From a virus (taxonomy: Duplodnaviria; Caudoviricetes), in the IMG/VR virus record IMGVR_UViG_3300017747_003894, positions 1 through 45,985 of that record: a stretch of DNA of 45,985 nt; one strand, given 5' to 3'. Position numbers and translations under genes: made by a program. Shown here piece after piece: positions 17,813 to 28,044 of this stretch. The first letter of the stretch is position 1; every line of letters begins with the position of its first letter. The notes below the pieces were generated by a model. That model was not told the DNA's origin. It saw only the letters and a program-made list of their open reading frames with translations, and ran no database searches.

Positions 17813-18003
17813 TGGCCAAAGGCCTCGGCTTCTCAAAGAAGAAGGCATTCGTGAGCAACGCCGCTTACCCATCGGTAGGCTTCGGCACGAAGGCGGCAGG
17901 CAAGACGCCACCGGTTGGCGAGAAGCCAAACGCTGACCGCGACGCCTATCGCGACAACTACCGAAAAGAACAGCAGCGCCGCAAGCGCAAGATTATTGCG
18001 TAA
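17812..18003 (+). CDS. GLGF-tagged small basic protein
   Basis: MAKGLGFSKKK...; TAATG coupling. Confidence 0.65.
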   Translation: MAKGLGFSKKKAFVSNAAYPSVGFGTKAAGKTPPVGEKPNADRDAYRDNYRKEQQRRKRKIIA

Positions 18004-18015
18004 CGAAGGAGACGT

Positions 18016-18372
18016 GTGATGAGGCCAACTGGCTTGAAACTGGCGAAGCGCCCGGACGTGAAGATGGCCGGCGACCCGAAGTATTTTGCGGCCGACACGG
18101 AAGACGGCGACCTTGAAGAGGCCGGCCTGGAATACGGCGGCGAAGAAGGCGGCGCCGAGGAGATGGAAGACCCTGACATTGCAGGCTTTCAGCAGGCGGT
18201 CGAGGAAGACCGCGGCCAGCGTGGCGAGATGTCCGAGGAAGAGTTCGATGCCTGGGACATGGAGTGGCGCAAGCGCGGCAAGCAGGCCGGGCTGGACGAG
18301 CAGGAAGTCGACGCCTTCATGGACTCGATCTGGGAAGGCGAGGGCAGTGAGCCGAAGGGCTACTACGACTGA
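18016..18372 (+). CDS. Acidic hypothetical protein (variant tag GLKLAKRP)
   Basis: AAGGAG RBS; very acidic; C-terminal W..EWRKRGKQAGLDEQEVDAF. Confidence 0.65.
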   Translation: MMRPTGLKLAKRPDVKMAGDPKYFAADTEDGDLEEAGLEYGGEEGGAEEMEDPDIAGFQQAVEEDRGQRGEMSEEEFDAWDMEWRKRGKQAGLDEQEVDAFMDSIWEGEGSEPKGYYD

Positions 18373-18737
18373 TGCGCATCACCCGGACAGAGGCCGAGAC
18401 ACTGCTGGCAGAACGGCGCAAGACTGACGCGCCGTATGCCAATCCACAGGCCGCAATCTCCGCGCGGTTCCTTGAGCAGGCTGTGGTGGCAACACAACAC
18501 CTGACCGGGAGCCACGAGTGGAACGTGTTTCTGCAGCGCATTCAGGCGATGATCGAGCAGGACAAAACCCTGCTTCACACGATGGCGGAGTCGATGGCCC
18601 TGCCGAACCTCACATCCGAGCAGGTGCTGCAGGCGCAGCGACACATGCTTGCAGCAAGAGCGAGATTGGACGCATGGGAGCAGGTACTGGCTATGCCAAA
18701 GCAGATCCTCGAGACAGGCGCCCCGAAGGCAGCGTGA
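18372..18737 (+). CDS. Hypothetical head-module protein (helical)
   Basis: 121 aa, TGATG-coupled, between portal and scaffold. Confidence 0.65.
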   Translation: MRITRTEAETLLAERRKTDAPYANPQAAISARFLEQAVVATQHLTGSHEWNVFLQRIQAMIEQDKTLLHTMAESMALPNLTSEQVLQAQRHMLAARARLDAWEQVLAMPKQILETGAPKAA

Positions 18738-18874
18738 CTTTGTTCCCGCTTCCGACGGAGTTCGCGGAGCGTCTGCGCGCGTTTATTCTTGACAAGCAAT
18801 CCGGCAACATTCAGTTAAACATCCGGCAGGGTGTGATTCTTGGGTTCCACGTGAACGAAGTTCACTCCCTTTAG
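18734..18874 (+). CDS. Small protein, DUF2292-like (G-x-I-x-L-x-I-x-x-G)
   Basis: GTGA overlap; MTLFPLPTEFAERLRAFILDKQSGNIQLNIRQGVILGFHVNEVHSL. Confidence 0.5.
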   Translation: MTLFPLPTEFAERLRAFILDKQSGNIQLNIRQGVILGFHVNEVHSL

Positions 18875-18917
18875 CCGTAACATAGGGCGCTTCCACCCAA
18901 AGGTTATCGAAACTTCG

Positions 18918-18947
18918 AGCCTCGCTGTGCAAACGGCGGGGCTTTTT
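18918..18947 (+). terminator. Rho-independent terminator upstream of the scaffold gene
   Basis: AGCCTCGCTGT-GCAA-ACGGCGGGGCT followed by TTTT (GNRA loop). Confidence 0.7.
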
Positions 18948-18984
18948 GCTTTGAAAATTCCATGCCGGATTTGAAAGGTGAGTA

Positions 18985-19581
18985 ATGACGGAACAGACGG
19001 AACAGCAGGCCACTCCCGAATACAGTGTTACCGAACTGGATAACGCCGTAGCGGCCGGCCAGATCACGCAGACCCAGCGTGACCAGATTTTTGCGACGCA
19101 AATCGAACGCAAGGCGATGGCGCAGGCCACGCAGGCAGCGACGCAGATCATCGAATCCACAACCCGCGAGAACACGCTCGACACGCAGCTGCAGCAGTAT
19201 GCCAGCATTGCGCCGGACGTGGTTCGCGATGGCTCGCCCCTGCGGCAGCGCGTGGCACAGGAGTTCGAATTCCTGGTGCAGAACGGCGCAGCGCGGGACC
19301 TGACGACGGAACTCGCTGCAGTGCGCGCCGTCATGGGTCCGCTGGAGCGGGCAAAGCAGTATGCACAGGGACGCCGGCGCGGGCCTGAGTTCGGGCGCGA
19401 TTCCTACGGTGGCTCGATGTCGCCGATCGAACGCCGGGCCGCGGACGCCTTTGACCGGCTCGATCCCATGAAGCAGCAGTATTACCAGAAGCTGATCAAC
19501 CAAGGCCTTTACCCCGACAAGAAGGCCGTGATCAGCGAACTGAACTGGAAGCGTGGCTCCAGCAACAAGGGCCGCGCATGA
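18985..19581 (+). CDS. Putative scaffolding protein
   Basis: Helical, Q/E/A-rich; positioned before the capsid genes. Confidence 0.55.
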   Translation: MTEQTEQQATPEYSVTELDNAVAAGQITQTQRDQIFATQIERKAMAQATQAATQIIESTTRENTLDTQLQQYASIAPDVVRDGSPLRQRVAQEFEFLVQNGAARDLTTELAAVRAVMGPLERAKQYAQGRRRGPEFGRDSYGGSMSPIERRAADAFDRLDPMKQQYYQKLINQGLYPDKKAVISELNWKRGSSNKGRA

Positions 19582-19919
19582 TCCTGAACTCCACCCCGAA
19601 ACCGAACGGCAAGGCCCCCGCGATCATTCGCGCGTCCAAGTACTGGACGCCGCAGGTCATGGCCAAGCAGACGGAATTCACGGGCCGGAAGGAAGGTCAG
19701 ACCCAAGGCACGCACCTGGACAACCTTGTGCAGTTGCGTCGTGTCATCTGCCTCTCGCCGGAAGCGGCGAAGAAGTTCGGGCACCCGAAGGGGCGCTCGA
19801 TGGCCGAGAAGCACGGCTATGTCATCAAGAGGTCCGTGCCGGTAGCGCGGTCATGGTGTGATGCAACGGGCGAATTCCATCCCGGCTGCATTGTCTTTTT
19901 TCCGAAGGAGTTAGCGTAA
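19578..19919 (+). CDS. Hypothetical protein
   Basis: 113 aa, coupled on both sides. Confidence 0.55.
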   Translation: MILNSTPKPNGKAPAIIRASKYWTPQVMAKQTEFTGRKEGQTQGTHLDNLVQLRRVICLSPEAAKKFGHPKGRSMAEKHGYVIKRSVPVARSWCDATGEFHPGCIVFFPKELA

Positions 19920-20623
19920 TGGAATTCGCATATAACCTCGGGTCCAACTCGACCCCCCTGATCAAGAAGTACCAGGTCGCGGAAACCTTCGGCTACGCCG
20001 GGGTCATCGCGACCGTGGGTGGTGCTGGCGCTTACGGCGTCAAGAAGTGCACCACGACGGCAGCCGCAAACGCGATGGGATTGGCCCTCGAGGCCGTGAC
20101 CACGGTGACGGCGCAGCAGTCGGACAACTCCGATCCGGCCCGCATGGTGTCGATCATCGTCAACCCGGACGCCGTGCTTCGCGCACGCCTCTCCGGTGCA
20201 GCGACCGACGGCACGGCGATCACGGACTACGCTGAAACATCCGGCAACACCGCGGGCACGACAGTGACTGCAGCCGGTTTGGTGTCCGCAGACGAAGGCA
20301 TGATCGTCTGTTCGGCGGGAGCCAACGCCGGCAAGTACCGGAAGAACATCACCGGCGGCTCGGGTTCAGCTGTTGCCGGCGTTGCTTTCCCCGTCGACAT
20401 CGCCATCGGCGACAAGTTCTTCACGTTGCCGTTCTCCACGATGGATATCCAGACCGTGCAGCTGACGACCAACCTGATGGAAGTCGATCAGTCGGCTGCA
20501 GTCGCCACCAACCAGGTGGCCTACCAGCCAATCGAAATCAAGCTGGGTAATCCGCCGTCGGAAATCCTGACTCAGTCTTATGTGTTCCTGGTGGCCTCAG
20601 ACCACCTGTTTGCGTCCAGCTAA
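19919..20623 (+). CDS. Putative capsid decoration/cement protein
   Basis: A/G/T-rich beta-type protein directly upstream of the major capsid gene; AAGGAG RBS. Confidence 0.55.
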   Translation: MEFAYNLGSNSTPLIKKYQVAETFGYAGVIATVGGAGAYGVKKCTTTAAANAMGLALEAVTTVTAQQSDNSDPARMVSIIVNPDAVLRARLSGAATDGTAITDYAETSGNTAGTTVTAAGLVSADEGMIVCSAGANAGKYRKNITGGSGSAVAGVAFPVDIAIGDKFFTLPFSTMDIQTVQLTTNLMEVDQSAAVATNQVAYQPIEIKLGNPPSEILTQSYVFLVASDHLFASS

Positions 20624-20641
20624 TAGAGAGGATCTAGGTCA

Positions 20642-21562
20642 ATGGCTGTCCCCCACATTTCCACCCAGTTTGGTGATCTTCTGGACCCACGGTTCCAGAA
20701 GATCTTCTACGACCAGTACGACCAGTTGCCGGACATGGTCGACGACCTGTACGCCAAGGTCAGCCACAACGGCCGCGCGGACATGCGCTGGTCGCAGGTC
20801 GGCGCCTTCGGTGATTGGTCCGAGTTCACCGGCACCGTCGGTTACGACTCGGTCAACCAGGGCTACGACACGACCACGACATACCTCGAGTTCGTCTCGG
20901 GCTGTCAGGTCGAGCGCAAGCTGTTCGATGACGACCAGTTCAACATCATGGACAAGCGCCCGCAGGGTCTTGCGATTGCGGCCAACCGCACGCGCCAGAA
21001 GCACGCGGCCCGCGTCCTGAACAACATGGGTTCGGTCGACTCGTACTTCTACGTCAACAGCGAGGGCGTCGCCCTTGTGTCGGACAGCCACACGACGAAC
21101 GCCCCCGGCGTCTCGACGACCGTCGGCTTCGACAACAAGGTCACGTCGGCACTGTCGGCAACGGCACTGTCCGCCGCCCGCATCCAGGGCCAGAAGTTCC
21201 GCGACGACCGCGGCAACCTCCTGGCTGTGAACTTCGACGAACTCTGGATCCCGATCGACCTGTACGACCAGGCGTGGGAAATCGTGAACTCGTCGGGCAA
21301 GCTGGACACGGCGAACAACAACAAGAACGTCCACGAGGGCAAGTACAAGATCAAGTCCTGGAACTACCTGACGGACACGAACGATTGGTCGCTGCAGGAT
21401 TCCACGATGCGCAAGATGAGCCTGCACTGGGTTGATCGTGTGGCGATGGAATTCAAGATGGCCGAGGACATCGACACCCTCGTCGCGAAGTGGCGCGGTT
21501 ACATGCGTTACTCGATGGCGTGGACCGATTGGCGGTTCATCGTCGGCGCGGTCGTCAGCTAA
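20642..21562 (+). CDS. Major capsid protein (HK97 fold, Mu gpT-like family)
   Basis: 306 aa; LFDDDQF, EGVALVSDSH, DDRGN, RYS..WTDWR motifs; strongly biased codon usage. Confidence 0.8.
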   Translation: MAVPHISTQFGDLLDPRFQKIFYDQYDQLPDMVDDLYAKVSHNGRADMRWSQVGAFGDWSEFTGTVGYDSVNQGYDTTTTYLEFVSGCQVERKLFDDDQFNIMDKRPQGLAIAANRTRQKHAARVLNNMGSVDSYFYVNSEGVALVSDSHTTNAPGVSTTVGFDNKVTSALSATALSAARIQGQKFRDDRGNLLAVNFDELWIPIDLYDQAWEIVNSSGKLDTANNNKNVHEGKYKIKSWNYLTDTNDWSLQDSTMRKMSLHWVDRVAMEFKMAEDIDTLVAKWRGYMRYSMAWTDWRFIVGAVVS

Positions 21563-21574
21563 CAGGAGGCAGAC

Positions 21575-22510
21575 ATGCCGCTTACGAACTTCCCCAACGG
21601 CGTGGCATCCTTCGGGGTGCCCGTCATCGGATCAGGTCCCATCCTGACCACGGGCAATGTCTTCTTCGTCTCCTCGACGGCAACGGGCCGGTCGGACAGC
21701 ACTGCTGCCGGCCGCGATCCGCTGACGCCGTTTGCGACGATTGACTATGCCATCGGCCAGTGCACGGCGAGCAATGGTGACTTCATCATTGTCGAACCGG
21801 GTCACACCGAGACAGTCACGGCGGCGGCGGGCATTGCGCTCGACGTGGCCGGCGTCACCATCATCGGCCTCGGCAACGGGTCCAACCGCCCGACGGTGAC
21901 ATTCACCACGGCGGTCGGTGCTTCGTTCCGCGTCACGGCAGCAAACTGCACGGTGCGCAACATCCTGTTCGTTGGCGGCATTGACGCCCTGACGAACCCA
22001 ATCCATGTCCAGGCGGCTGACTTCTGGCTTGACGGTTGCGAAACCCGCGACACGGCAGGCTCGGCACAGGCGACGGATTGGATCCTGACCACGGCAGCGG
22101 CGACGCGCATGCGCATCACCGGCCACCGTCACGACGGCGACACCGCAGCGGGAGCCAACTCATGGCTCGCCATTGTCGGTGGCGACGGCATCGTGGTGGA
22201 CGGCCTGCGCTGCGACGGCAACTTCGCAGTCGGCGGCATCGACGTGAGAACCACGGCGACCACCGACCTTGAAGTGCGCAATGTCGTGTTCCGCACGCGC
22301 AACGCCGCAGACATCTTCCTTGTCGATACCATCACGGCATCGACCGGGATGATCGGCCCGAGCATCTACCTGCGTCTCAACGACAATGCGGCGAACATCA
22401 CGGAGTCCATCACGGGCGCCACGTGGGTCCTGTTCGACGACATCTTCGTTGTCAACCTCGCGGGCGAGAAGGCTATGGCCATCAACACCACCGCGTCGAC
22501 AGACGCATAA
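21575..22510 (+). CDS. Virion protein with pectin-lyase-like beta-helix (head fibre/spike)
   Basis: LTNFPNGVASFG, VFFVSS, PFATIDYAIG, GD.I.V.PGH.E, GVTIIGLG motifs. Confidence 0.6.
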   Translation: MPLTNFPNGVASFGVPVIGSGPILTTGNVFFVSSTATGRSDSTAAGRDPLTPFATIDYAIGQCTASNGDFIIVEPGHTETVTAAAGIALDVAGVTIIGLGNGSNRPTVTFTTAVGASFRVTAANCTVRNILFVGGIDALTNPIHVQAADFWLDGCETRDTAGSAQATDWILTTAAATRMRITGHRHDGDTAAGANSWLAIVGGDGIVVDGLRCDGNFAVGGIDVRTTATTDLEVRNVVFRTRNAADIFLVDTITASTGMIGPSIYLRLNDNAANITESITGATWVLFDDIFVVNLAGEKAMAINTTASTDA

Positions 22511-22531
22511 CGACGAAAGCAAAGGGAAGTC

Positions 22532-23341
22532 ATGCAAACCTTTACGAAAGACGAAGGGCGGTTCGGAAGGACCGCCCCATTCCTCAAGCAGTCGCAGCTG
22601 CAGGAAATGAGCCAGGAACGCGATCGCCTCAAGCAGACGCTCCACGCCCCGCCGCACTTGCGCAACGCCATTCAGGATGCCTCGACAATGTTCGGCGTCC
22701 TCAAGCGCCTGGAGACATCGCTCGAGCGCGACACGCCGCGCGAGTACACCGGAACCGATCTCGACAAGGCCGTGCGCCGCGAGAAGGAACTGCGTGAGAA
22801 GATCAAGAACGGGATGCCCACGTCCGAGGAGATGCGCCGCAATCCGCCGGGCGCGCTCGACAAGCACATGCAGTGGGAAGCCCGCAACAAGGCCGACATC
22901 GCGGAGTGGAAGAACATCCGCCGGCGCCTGATGGCGTCTGGCGCGGTTGAGTCGTCCGTGTCCGACGGGTCTGTTGCCAACGTCGAAATGTTGCGCTCAT
23001 CGGGCGGACACCAGTTGTCGATGGACGGTGCGCAGATCCCCGTCGCGAAAACGTATTACGGTCTAGGCGGCAGGTCGTCGACATTCAGTGACGAGGAGTT
23101 GGTCCTCCTCGAGAAGGTTGCCCCGCGCCTGAAGGAGATGATTGCTCTTCTGTCCGCTGACCAGCGTGACGAGATCAAGACATCGCTCCAGGCCGAGGCT
23201 GTGATCCAGCTTGACCCCTCGTCGCTTGACGGGCTGACGCACAAGGAAGCGCGCGAGCGTTGTCGTGCGGCTGGCCTCGAGACGGGCGGTTCGCGCGAAG
23301 ATCTTGTTGATCGCCTCAAGGCGCATTACGGGAAGAACTGA
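22532..23341 (+). CDS. Hypothetical protein with C-terminal SAP-like DNA-binding motif
   Basis: LDGLTHKEARERCRAAGLETGGSREDLVDRL fits SAP consensus L..L...L...L...GL...G.K..L..RL. Confidence 0.6.
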   Translation: MQTFTKDEGRFGRTAPFLKQSQLQEMSQERDRLKQTLHAPPHLRNAIQDASTMFGVLKRLETSLERDTPREYTGTDLDKAVRREKELREKIKNGMPTSEEMRRNPPGALDKHMQWEARNKADIAEWKNIRRRLMASGAVESSVSDGSVANVEMLRSSGGHQLSMDGAQIPVAKTYYGLGGRSSTFSDEELVLLEKVAPRLKEMIALLSADQRDEIKTSLQAEAVIQLDPSSLDGLTHKEARERCRAAGLETGGSREDLVDRLKAHYGKN

Positions 23342-23343
23342 CA

Positions 23344-23757
23344 ATGGCTGACACGGTTGACACGATTGTCCTGCAAAACAACTACCCCTACTACTCGGTA
23401 AGGCTTCTGTCGAAGTCGGACGGGACCGGGGAATCGAATGTGGTGAAGGTCGATCGGTCAACCCTTGTCGGCAGCAACGGGCTGGAGCCGAAGGCGCTCG
23501 ACATCGTGCACTGTTCGGGCATCGTGTTCGGCGCCAACCACGTGACGCTGAACTGGGATGCGGCGACGGACGACGAGGCGCTGATCCTCAGTGGCTCGTT
23601 CTGGTTCGATTACTCGGGCCAGACGGTGCCGGGGCTGGCCCCGCTGCGGGATCCACTGTCGGCGACGAACGTGGGAGACATCCTGCTGACGACATCGGGC
23701 ATGGTCGCCAATGGCGGCTACTGCATCAACCTGGTCCTCCAGCTGCGCGACAGGTAA
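23344..23757 (+). CDS. Virion structural protein
   Basis: MADTVDT...SDGTGESNVVKVD...GDILLTT; beta-rich. Confidence 0.55.
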   Translation: MADTVDTIVLQNNYPYYSVRLLSKSDGTGESNVVKVDRSTLVGSNGLEPKALDIVHCSGIVFGANHVTLNWDAATDDEALILSGSFWFDYSGQTVPGLAPLRDPLSATNVGDILLTTSGMVANGGYCINLVLQLRDR

Positions 23758-23763
23758 ACGAAC

Positions 23764-24951
23764 ATGCGTCGTGGTTCGATCATTCCGGCGACCCGCGCGC
23801 TTCAGCCGCCGCCCTATTACTACGACGGCATCCACCTTGATTTCCGATACGGCGCCGGCGCGCTTGGCTGCTATGTGAAAGCGGCGGGCGCGGCCCCCAC
23901 GATCGCGCCCCTGACCACGCTGTTCACCTTCACGGGTGGCAATCAGTCCATGTACATGGGGCCTGCTGGCCTGCTTGTACAGTCCGTTACAGACACGCCG
24001 CGCATTGAATACGACACCAACGGAAACTGTCTTGGCCTTCTGATGGAGGCGGCGCGGACGAACCTCGGACTGCACTCCAACGACCACACGAATGCGGCGT
24101 GGGCGAAGACGAACATGACAACGGCCAAGACCTCCACGGGGCCGGATGGTGTAACGAACAGCGCGACCCGCCTGACAGCATCAGCGGGCAATGCGACGAG
24201 CATCCAGACTGTTGTGTCGACCAGTGCCACGCGCGCCTATTCGGTGTGGATGCGCCGCATCACGGGCACCGGCAATATCGACATGACGTTGGATGGCGGC
24301 ACGGGCTGGACCACCAAGACGCTAACGACTTCATGGGCGCGCTTTGACATCACACAGGCGGCAGTGACCAACCCTGCCTTCGGCATCCGCATCGTGACAA
24401 GTGGCGATGCCATCGACGTTTATGGCAATCAGATGGAGAGCGCCGCGTTCCCATCAAGCCTAATTACGACCACGACAGGCTCTGTAGCCCGTACAGCAGA
24501 CAGCTGCATCCGCACGCTAGGCTCAGAGTTCAGCGCGACGGCTGGGACTGTCGTTGTTCAGGGGAGGGCGAGCGGGGGGCAGGCTGGTCGTCAGGTGTTT
24601 TGCGCCTTCTCTGACGGCTCAGTTGCGAACACAATCCCTCTTGTCAGGCCCGGTGTGTCTGACTTTTTGCAACTTCGTATTGAAGCGGCTTCGGTCAATC
24701 AGACAGCTATGGGAGCAGCAATGACAAACAGCGCCGCGTTCAAAGCGGCGGCAGTTTGGGCGGCAAACGACGCGGACTTGTACTTCAATGGCGTCGCGAC
24801 AACACCGGATGCGGTTGTCACGCTTCCAGCCGGGATTACAACGCTAGGCATGGGGTGCGAATTTACCTCTTCAAGCCCCTGCAACGGCCACATCCGCCGC
24901 TTCGACTACTACCCGACACGACTCCCGAACGGCTTCCTGACGACCGCCTAA
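23764..24951 (+). CDS. Fibre/spike protein with carbohydrate-binding/LamG-like C-terminus
   Basis: PRIEYD...GLLMEAARTNL, S.I.TT..SVARTAD, NGHIRR..YYP.RL motifs. Confidence 0.65.
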   Translation: MRRGSIIPATRALQPPPYYYDGIHLDFRYGAGALGCYVKAAGAAPTIAPLTTLFTFTGGNQSMYMGPAGLLVQSVTDTPRIEYDTNGNCLGLLMEAARTNLGLHSNDHTNAAWAKTNMTTAKTSTGPDGVTNSATRLTASAGNATSIQTVVSTSATRAYSVWMRRITGTGNIDMTLDGGTGWTTKTLTTSWARFDITQAAVTNPAFGIRIVTSGDAIDVYGNQMESAAFPSSLITTTTGSVARTADSCIRTLGSEFSATAGTVVVQGRASGGQAGRQVFCAFSDGSVANTIPLVRPGVSDFLQLRIEAASVNQTAMGAAMTNSAAFKAAAVWAANDADLYFNGVATTPDAVVTLPAGITTLGMGCEFTSSSPCNGHIRRFDYYPTRLPNGFLTTA

Positions 24952-24986
24952 TCCAAGGGGTTCAGGCGCGGAGGTAGTATCACGCC

Positions 24987-26006
24987 ATGAGCACGACCGG
25001 ACAGCTACGCACCTTCTCCGACCTCTATCTCGACCTGACGAACAGGATCCGGGCGCAGACCGGCACGTCCGGTCCCGAGACGGTAATGAAGCGGTACATC
25101 AACATCGCGCTTCAGGACATCCACATCGGCATGAAGGAGCGCCTGCCCTGGGCCGAGCGCCAGGCGGTGCTGATCACGCAGCCATCCTACTCGACCGGCA
25201 CGGTGTCAATCACGCAGGGGTCGACCACGCTGACCGGATCCGGCACGGCGTGGAACACGAATAATGCGTGGGGCGTGAAGACCGCGCGCAAGTTCGGCAA
25301 GCTGGTCCTGAACGGCGGGCTTGAGAACTACGAAGTGTCGAGCGTTGTCAGCGACACGGAGATTACGCTGGCCTCGCGGTTCACGCAGGACGACCTGAGT
25401 GCCGCGACCTACCAGTATTTCGAGGACGAGTACGACCTCGCGGCCGACTTCCTGCGCCCCGTCGACTTCCGCTTCTTCGACCAGAAGCGCCAGTTCACGC
25501 TGATGCCGCGCAACGAGTTCCGCACGAACTACGTCCGCATGCAGACGCCCGGCAAGCCCACGGCGTGCAGCATCGCCGACCGCCCCCCGACGGGCAACAC
25601 GGACCTCGTCCGCCGCGTGCTGTTCAACCGGCCGACGGACCAGGCCTATTCGATCCCGTATTCCTACATCACGAAGTACCTCGTCGTTTCGAGCGCGGGT
25701 ACGGCGCAGGAGGAGTTCAGCGCGGACGCGGACGAGCCGCTGCTGCCGCTGCCCTACCGCCATGTGATCGTGGCGAAGGCGCTGTACTGGGCCTATCGCG
25801 ACCGCCGCGATGACCGTCGCAGCGGGGAGGCGAACCAGGAGTTCGTGGACCTGTGGCTTCGCATTGCGAACGACAATGAGTTTGGCACGTCCCGGCCCAC
25901 GATGGCGCCGCGGATTGCTTCGTATGCCTCGCGCGCCCGCCGGCCGATGTCGGGTGCAACACCGCGGGTTGTGAGCGGATCGGCTTTTGATGAGTTGAGG
26001 GAATAG
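24987..26006 (+). CDS. Putative head-to-tail adaptor protein
   Basis: Helical N-terminus (RYINIALQDI), YSTGTVSIT.GSTT.TGSGT.W insertion, D.PLLP..Y...I...A C-terminus. Confidence 0.6.
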   Translation: MSTTGQLRTFSDLYLDLTNRIRAQTGTSGPETVMKRYINIALQDIHIGMKERLPWAERQAVLITQPSYSTGTVSITQGSTTLTGSGTAWNTNNAWGVKTARKFGKLVLNGGLENYEVSSVVSDTEITLASRFTQDDLSAATYQYFEDEYDLAADFLRPVDFRFFDQKRQFTLMPRNEFRTNYVRMQTPGKPTACSIADRPPTGNTDLVRRVLFNRPTDQAYSIPYSYITKYLVVSSAGTAQEEFSADADEPLLPLPYRHVIVAKALYWAYRDRRDDRRSGEANQEFVDLWLRIANDNEFGTSRPTMAPRIASYASRARRPMSGATPRVVSGSAFDELRE

Positions 26007-26008
26007 CG

Positions 26009-26440
26009 ATGGCCAAAGGGCTTGGATTTTCACCGTACGGCCGCAATGGCATGAAGTACGACCGCGAGGCGGATCCGAATTATGATCCGATGACGGAAGA
26101 AGAAGCCGCGGCAAAGAACGATCGTCGCCCCGGCGACCGGATGAGCGGTGCCGACTACGAGCGTCGCAACACCGACTACAAGCATGGCCCGAAGTGGGGG
26201 TTCAGGCGCGAGAAGGGCGATTACGGTTACGAGAACCGGCAGACCATCGACTCGATAGACCGCGACATTCATGCGCTCGACCCTCCGACTTCGCCTGAAG
26301 ACGAAGAGCCATACATGGATGCGTCCAAGTCTGGATTGGACGGCATGTTCGCGAAGTGGCGCGAGCGTCTTCGTCGCCGTGGCTACTCCGAAGAAGAGAT
26401 CGAGGACATCTTTTCTGACGCAGCGGCTCTGCACGACTAA
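26009..26440 (+). CDS. GLGF-tagged hypothetical protein
   Basis: MAKGLGFSPYG...; inserted between adaptor and nozzle genes. Confidence 0.65.
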   Translation: MAKGLGFSPYGRNGMKYDREADPNYDPMTEEEAAAKNDRRPGDRMSGADYERRNTDYKHGPKWGFRREKGDYGYENRQTIDSIDRDIHALDPPTSPEDEEPYMDASKSGLDGMFAKWRERLRRRGYSEEEIEDIFSDAAALHD

Positions 26441-28044
26441 TGCCCAGCGGCGACCTCTTTGTCCGGCACCTTTTCGGCGGCGGCTTCGCAACGGACATTG
26501 GTCCGGTGTCGGACGCTGGCCCGCAGGGTGGCGGCGGGGTCGCGCAGATGGTCATCCCCTGGCTGCTGCAGTGCGACAACGCGATGTTCGACCTTGACGG
26601 CGGCATCACGAAATCTCCGGGCACGACGAAGATCAACTCGTCGGCCCTGCAGAGCGGTGCCACGATCCGGGGCATCTACGACTTCTGGATCCAGGGCGGC
26701 ACGGGTTCGCCCTCGCAGAAGCGCATCGTGCACGTCGGCACGAAGATCATGGCGGACGCCGGCGACGGCACGTTCGCCGAGATCGCAACGGTCACCAGCG
26801 ACAGCGCGGTGCCATCGTACTGCTCCTTCAACGACGAACTGATCATCAGCGACGACGGCAACTCGGCCCCGTGGAAATGGACGGGGACGGGATCAGCGTC
26901 GGCGCTTGGCGGTTCGCCCCCGAACTTCGCCTTTGCGGTGGAACACAAGGGCCGCGTGTTTGCAGCCGGCAATCCGGCACAGCCCTCGCGCCTCTACTAC
27001 AGCGCGGCATTCAACCATGAATCGTGGAACACAAGCGCGAACTACATCACCATCGGCTCGAACGACGGGTCCGGCATCACGGGGCTGGCCTCGTACAAGG
27101 ACGCGCTGATCATCTTCAAGGGTCCGAAGAAGGGGTCCATCTATGTCCTGCAGGGGGACGACACTTCAGACTTTTCGCTTTCGCTTTTGCGCAAGAACTG
27201 TGGCTCGGCCGTCTGGCACAACGCAATCTTCCAGTACCAGGATGATCTTGCGTTCGTGGCAGCGGATGGTTCGATCCAGCGTCTTTCCGCGACGAGCGCC
27301 TTCGGTAACTTCTCCCTCGCGCACCTGACGCGCAACATCGGCAAGTACATCAACAACAACGTCGCGCGCACGTACCTGCGCAAGGCGTGCGTGGCGAACT
27401 GGGAGTCGAAGGGCGTGGCGCTTGTGACGCTGCCCATCAACTCGTCGGCGACCACGAACCTGATCCTGATGATGGACTACCGCTTCGGCGAGGAGCCGCG
27501 CTTCAGCACGTGGACCGGATACACCGGCAAGTGTGCCTCGATGACGCTGGCGATCGACGAGAGCGACGCGGCCCGTCAGGTCGTGCTGATCGGCGGCACG
27601 GATGGCTATGTCCGCAAGCTGGACGTGAACCGCTTCTCCATTGACGCGGCGACGGCAATCAACTGCGTCGCGAAGACCCCGCATCTGTCCTACGGCATGC
27701 CGCACATGACGAAGGTCATCACGGGCGGGTCGCTGGGATTTGCTCCGCTTACGGACGATACGGTGACGTTCAAGTGGGAGCGCGACAACGAAACCTATGA
27801 GACGCTGGCGGTCAGCCAGGGCGGCGGCGATCTGCTGTCTCCGTCATCGGGCACCGACTTCACGCTGGATACGTCCTTCCTTGGCGGTGCCTCGTTCGTG
27901 GACTCGTGGTTCGAACTCGAGACAGGCGGCGAGTTCCGCAACATCGCCTACACGTTTTCGAACGCGGACCTGAACGGCAGCTTTGAGTTGCACTCGATGT
28001 CGGCCTTCCTGCGGGGAGCCGCACTGTCAATGGAGAATGCATAA
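26440..28044 (+). CDS. Tail nozzle/DNA-stabilisation protein (P22 gp10/T7 gp12-like)
   Basis: 534 aa, beta-rich; HKGRVF, RLYYS, ITGL...DALIIFK motifs; position. Confidence 0.65.
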   Translation: MPSGDLFVRHLFGGGFATDIGPVSDAGPQGGGGVAQMVIPWLLQCDNAMFDLDGGITKSPGTTKINSSALQSGATIRGIYDFWIQGGTGSPSQKRIVHVGTKIMADAGDGTFAEIATVTSDSAVPSYCSFNDELIISDDGNSAPWKWTGTGSASALGGSPPNFAFAVEHKGRVFAAGNPAQPSRLYYSAAFNHESWNTSANYITIGSNDGSGITGLASYKDALIIFKGPKKGSIYVLQGDDTSDFSLSLLRKNCGSAVWHNAIFQYQDDLAFVAADGSIQRLSATSAFGNFSLAHLTRNIGKYINNNVARTYLRKACVANWESKGVALVTLPINSSATTNLILMMDYRFGEEPRFSTWTGYTGKCASMTLAIDESDAARQVVLIGGTDGYVRKLDVNRFSIDAATAINCVAKTPHLSYGMPHMTKVITGGSLGFAPLTDDTVTFKWERDNETYETLAVSQGGGDLLSPSSGTDFTLDTSFLGGASFVDSWFELETGGEFRNIAYTFSNADLNGSFELHSMSAFLRGAALSMENA

